From an uncultured Alphaproteobacteria bacterium (lineage in GTDB: Bacteria > Pseudomonadota > Alphaproteobacteria > Rhizobiales > Xanthobacteraceae), in the NCBI GenBank assembly GCA_963695615.1, contig CAVOHH010000004.1:553883-617882 (forward strand): a stretch of DNA of 64,000 bases, written 5' to 3'. The notes below the pieces were generated by a model. That model saw only the letters and a list, made by a program, of their open reading frames with translations. It was not told the DNA's origin and did no database searches. The position numbers and the translations under genes were made by a program. Shown here piece by piece: positions 60,121-64,000 of this stretch; position 1 is the first letter of the stretch, and every line of letters starts with the position of its first letter.

Positions 60121-61664
60121 TCGGCGCGCCCGACAAAGCGGCCAGCAGGCTCAAGAGCAAGTTGCCCGCGAATGCAGCGGGCAAGCTCGCGGACAGGCTC
60201 GTCGACAAGTTCTCCGGCAAGCTCCCGGGCAAGCTCTCTAGCAAGCTCCCCGGCAAATTCTTCGGCAAGCTCTCAGGTCCCTATTCCTGGAGGCTGCCGC
60301 GCCAGCTGCATTGGCTGGAAGCGAAATTGTCGCCGACATTCTCTTGGCTGTTCTACGACAATTCGCCGCCCGAAAGCGCCGACGCTTCGATCCGCCGGCA
60401 CATCATCGCCGGCAGCATCCTCGTCGCCGTGCTGGCCTTCGGCTTGGGCGGTTGGGCGTCGACCGCCGAAATCTCCGGCGCGCTCATCTCGCAAGGCTCC
60501 CTCGTCGTCGATTCGAACGTGAAGAAGGTGCAGCACCCGACCGGCGGCGTGGTCGGCGAGCTCCTCGCCCATGACGGCGACCACGTCAAAGAAGGCCAAA
60601 TCCTCATTCGTCTCGACGTTACCGTGACCCGCGCCAATCTGGCGATCGTCACCAAGGGTCTCACCGAGCTTTACGCGCGCAAGGCGCGGCTCGCCGCCGA
60701 GCGCGACGGCACCGATTCCGTTCCGGTCCCGAAGGAACTGGCGGACAATATCGACAATCCCGAAGTGAAAGATGCGCTTTCCAGCGAGCGCCGGCTGTTC
60801 GATTTGCGGCGCCAGGCGCGGGCCGGCCAGAAACAGCAGCTGCAAGAGCGCATCACGCAATTGCAGCAGGAGATCGTCGGTCTCGCCGCGCAACAGAGCG
60901 CCAAGGACAAAGAACTGGCGCTGAGCGAGGAAGAGCTGCAGGGCGTGCGCGAGCTCTGGCAGAAGAACCTGGTTCAGCTCAGCCGGCTCACTTCGCTGCA
61001 GCGCCAGGAGGCGCAGGTCGAGGGCGAGCGCGGCCAGGTCATTGCCCAGGCCGCCGAGGCCAAGGGCAAGATCGCCGAGATCCAGTTGCAGATCATTCAG
61101 ATCGATCAGGACCTCTCGAGCGACGTCGCCAAGGAATTGCGCGAGACCGAGAGCAAGATCGGCGAATATGTCGAGCGCAAGGTCACCGCGGAAGACCAGC
61201 TCAAGCGCACCGATATCCGGGCGCCGCAAGACGGCACCGTGTTCCAGTCGACGGCCAACACGGTCGGCGGCGTGATCACCGCCGGCGATCCGATCATGCT
61301 GGTCGTGCCGGAGAGCGACAATCTCCTGGTCGAGGTCAAGGTCGATCCGAAAGACATCGATCAGGTCCTGTACGATCAGCCTGTCGTGCTGCGCTTCTCC
61401 TCGTTCAACGCGCGCACGACGCCGGAAATCAACGGCAAGGTCGTGCGCATCGCCGCCGATACGAACACCGATCAGCGCACCGGCCAGAGCTATTATCTGG
61501 TGCGCATCGCGATGCCGGCCGACGAGGTCAAACGGCTCGGCGACGTCAAGCTGACGCCGGGCATGCCGGTCGAGGCCTTCATCCAGACCGGCGAACGCAC
61601 CATGCTGTCGTATCTGGTCAAGCCGCTGCACGATCAGCTGATGCGGGCGTTCCGAGAAAAATAA
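60117..61664 (+). CDS. HlyD-family type I secretion membrane fusion protein with ~90-aa N-terminal extension
   Basis: Intact 515-aa ORF with ATGA overlap with the ABC gene. Also SIRRHIIAGSILVAVLAFGLGGWA (TM), VQHPTGGVVGELLAHDGDHVKEGQILIRLD, a long coiled coil and LTPGMPVEAFIQTGERTMLSYLVKPL. Confidence 0.85.
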   Translation: MIGAPDKAASRLKSKLPANAAGKLADRLVDKFSGKLPGKLSSKLPGKFFGKLSGPYSWRLPRQLHWLEAKLSPTFSWLFYDNSPPESADASIRRHIIAGSILVAVLAFGLGGWASTAEISGALISQGSLVVDSNVKKVQHPTGGVVGELLAHDGDHVKEGQILIRLDVTVTRANLAIVTKGLTELYARKARLAAERDGTDSVPVPKELADNIDNPEVKDALSSERRLFDLRRQARAGQKQQLQERITQLQQEIVGLAAQQSAKDKELALSEEELQGVRELWQKNLVQLSRLTSLQRQEAQVEGERGQVIAQAAEAKGKIAEIQLQIIQIDQDLSSDVAKELRETESKIGEYVERKVTAEDQLKRTDIRAPQDGTVFQSTANTVGGVITAGDPIMLVVPESDNLLVEVKVDPKDIDQVLYDQPVVLRFSSFNARTTPEINGKVVRIAADTNTDQRTGQSYYLVRIAMPADEVKRLGDVKLTPGMPVEAFIQTGERTMLSYLVKPLHDQLMRAFREK

Positions 61665-61760
61665 GAATCTCCTCCCGCGCCGCCGCGAGAGCGGGTAGGA
61701 TATCGACGTCGTGCGGTTTGGCTTGACCTCCGCCGGAATAGGCAGATCGCGAGGACCTCC

Positions 61761-63984
61761 ATGAACAGAATCGGCCGCTGGGCGCGGCAATTCGGCGTGG
61801 CGAGAGCGGTATGTCTCGTGCTGCTGTTCGCGCTCGTGCCGCTGCGGCTCGCCGATCCGAGGCCGCTTGCCGAATTGCGCGCCCGCACCTTCGATCTGTT
61901 CCAGGTGCTGTGGCCGCGCGAGCAGACGTCGCGGCCGGTCGTCATCGTCGATATCGACGAGGACAGTCTCAAGGAGATCGGGCAATGGCCGTGGCCGCGC
62001 ACCACCGTGGCCGATCTGGTCACCAAGATCACCCAGCTCGGCGCGGCCGGCATCGGCTTCGACATCATTTTCGCCGAACCCGACCGCATGTCGCCGGCGA
62101 TCGCCGAGCAAAGCTTTCGCGGCATCGACGCCGAGACCCGCGCCAAGCTCGACAGCCTGCCGAGCAATGACGCGGTTCTTGCGGAGGCAATCAAGAATTC
62201 GCGCGTCGATCGTCGGCCAGGTCGGTTCGGCTCATATCGATCCGAAGACCAAAGCCGAGCAGACGCTGCAGACCGGCGTCGCCTTTCTCGGGCCCGACCC
62301 GACCCCCTTCCTGGTGACGTTTCCGGGGCTGTTGCGCAATGTGCTGCCGATCGAGGAAGCCGCAGCCGGACGCGGCCTGTTCTCGATCAATCCGGAAACC
62401 GACGGCATCATTCGCCGCGTGCCGGTGATCATGGAGGCGCAAGGCGCGCTGGTGCCGTCGCTGACCATGGAAATGCTGCGGGTCGTTTCGCATGCCAGCG
62501 CGATCCTGGTGCGCGTGAACGAGGCCGGCGTGCAGTCGGTGGCGGTGCCCGGGCTGCAAGTGCCGACCGACCGCAATGGTCAGCTCTGGGTGCATTTCAA
62601 CAAACACGATCCGGCGCGTTACGTCTCGGCGAAGGACATATTGCAGGGCCGCGTGCCGCCGGACCGCCTGCGCGGCCGGCTGGTGCTGATCGGCACGTCG
62701 GCGACCGGCCTGCTCGACATCAAGACGACGCCGCTCGATCCGGTGATCCCGGGCGTCGAGGTGCACGCGCAGATCCTGGAAAGCGTACTCACCAAGTCGA
62801 CTTTGCTGAACCCGAACTATGCCATCGGCGCCGAACTCGTGATCGCGGTGCTGCTCGGCATCGGCGTCATCATCATGGCGCCGATGCTGTCGCCGACCGT
62901 CAACGTCGTTCTCGGCGCGTCTTCTGATCGCGGGTCTGATCGGGCTTGTCGCTCTACCTCTTTGCCGAGCACAATCTGCTGATCGATTTCACCTATCCGC
63001 TGATTTCGAGCTGGCTGATCTATCTCGTCCTGACCTTCGTCAATTATTTCCGCGAGCAGAAACAGCGCCAGCAGATCCGCTCCGCCTTCGGCTATTACCT
63101 GTCGCCGCATATGGTCGAGCAGCTGGCGAAGTCGCCGGAAAAGCTCGTGCTCGGCGGCGAGGAGCGCCGCATGACCATCCTGTTTTCCGACGTGCGCGGC
63201 TTCACCAGCATTTCCGAGCACTACAAGGACGATCCGCAGGGCCTGACCCGGCTGATGAACCGCTTCCTCACGCCGCTGACCAACGCCATCATCGAGACGC
63301 AAGGGCACGATCGACAAATATATCGGCGACGCCATCATGGCGTTCTGGAACGCGCCGGTGGACGATCCCGAGCAGGAAGCCAATGCCTGCGAGGCGGCGC
63401 TGCAAATGCTCGAACGCGCCGAGACGCTCAACGGCGAGCTCAAAGCGGAAGCCGCCGCAGATGGCGGCGACTATATGCCGCTGCGCATCGGCATCGGGCT
63501 CAATACCGGCCCCTGCGTCGTCGGCAATATGGGGTCGGATTTCCGCTTCAATTATTCGGTGCTCGGCGACACCGTCAATCTCGCCTCGCGGCTCGAGGCG
63601 CGGACCAAGGACTATCGCCTGCCGATGGTGATCGGATCGCGCACCGCGGAAATGGCCAAGGCGAAATTCGCCGTCATGGAAATCGACCTGATCCTGGTGA
63701 AGGGCAAGAAGCAGCCGGAAGCGGTGTTCACCGTGCTCGGCCGCGCCGAGGTCGAGCAAGATCCGCGCTGCGAGAAATTGCGCGACCTCAACGCGCAGAT
63801 GCTGGCGCGCTTCCGCAAGCAGGACTGGGACGGCGCGCTGGAATTGATCCAACGCTGCCGCAAGAGCGCGAACGGCTTCGATGTCGCGGGGCTCTACGAC
63901 ATGTATGAGGAGCGGATCGAAGCCTACCGCGCCCATCCGCCGGGGCCGGATTGGGACGGCGTCTACGCAGCGGAATCGAAGTAA
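61761..63984 (+). CDS. CHASE2 sensor domain-containing class III adenylate/guanylate cyclase; about 3 apparent frameshifts
   Basis: CHASE2 motifs VVIVDIDEDSLKEIGQWPWPRTTVADL...GFDIIFAEPDR and LVLIGTSATGLLDIKTTPLD...PGVEVHAQILES. TM helices follow. Cyclase core MTILFSDVRGFTSISE, IDKYIGDAIMAFWNAP and NYSVLGDTVNLASRLE. Confidence 0.8.
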
Positions 63985-64000
63985 GAAGTTTTAATTCGCG

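Overview
64-kb chromosomal segment of a high-GC alphaproteobacterium. Gene content and synteny look Hyphomicrobiales/Bradyrhizobiaceae-like: PodJ; hemC-hemD-COG4223-hemY with divergent tsaD; hisD-UPF0262-LMW-PTP-infA-maf-yacG-tRNA-Phe. I place 52 protein genes, one tRNA-Phe, several REP-like hairpin/mosaic repeats, two terminators and a few candidate operators. No rRNA, CRISPR array, transposase or integrase was seen.

Gene blocks, left to right:
- NitT/TauT-type ABC importer, creatininase and an alpha/beta hydrolase.
- Aerobic benzoyl-CoA (box) module: boxB, boxC, a hydrolase and boxR.
- Heme operon and tsaD.
- Complete ligase-associated DNA-damage-response set: ligase, exonuclease, DEXH helicase and PdeM.
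- Giant PodJ-like polarity factor.
- Beta-oxidation operon, then gshA.
- Large polytopic membrane protein, followed by a Mo-oxidoreductase/cytochrome b pair.
- DUF2064 / radical-SAM / GT2 cassette.
- MHYT-PAS-MCP chemoreceptor, MFS transporter and DUF202 protein.
- Multidomain murein hydrolase in a lower-GC patch, then a transglutaminase.
- tRNA-Phe and a housekeeping block, then cupredoxin-FTR1 iron uptake.
- Catalytically degenerate caspase-fold protein, a small unlisted HTH gene, a type I secretion ABC/MFP pair and a CHASE2 adenylate cyclase.

Major caveat: by my tally about 33 of the 52 genes need one or more frame switches to be read, including essential genes (tsaD, hemC, hisD). I saw almost no in-frame stops apart from one TGA in the SBP signal-peptide region. 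I read this as indel sequencing/assembly error, not pseudogenisation. These genes are given as composite CDS spans with approximate junctions. Coordinates derived from the sequence lines rather than the ORF track may be off by 1-2 nt.

Most interesting:
1. The uncharacterised DUF2064 / rSAM-SPASM-like / GT2 cassette, which has no visible substrate gene.
2. A four-hairpin REP-like mosaic element with co-varying stems. One copy sits in the boxC-boxB spacer and one is inserted in frame inside the repair helicase. A single hairpin of the same family lies in frame in the partner ligase.
3. A secreted caspase-fold protein with both catalytic residues replaced and a periodic proline-rich tail.
4. A TIGR02594-like NlpC/P60 + DPBB + membrane-anchor hydrolase in a GC dip near tRNA-Phe.
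5. A 58-aa GcrA-N/Myb-like ORF absent from the ORF track.
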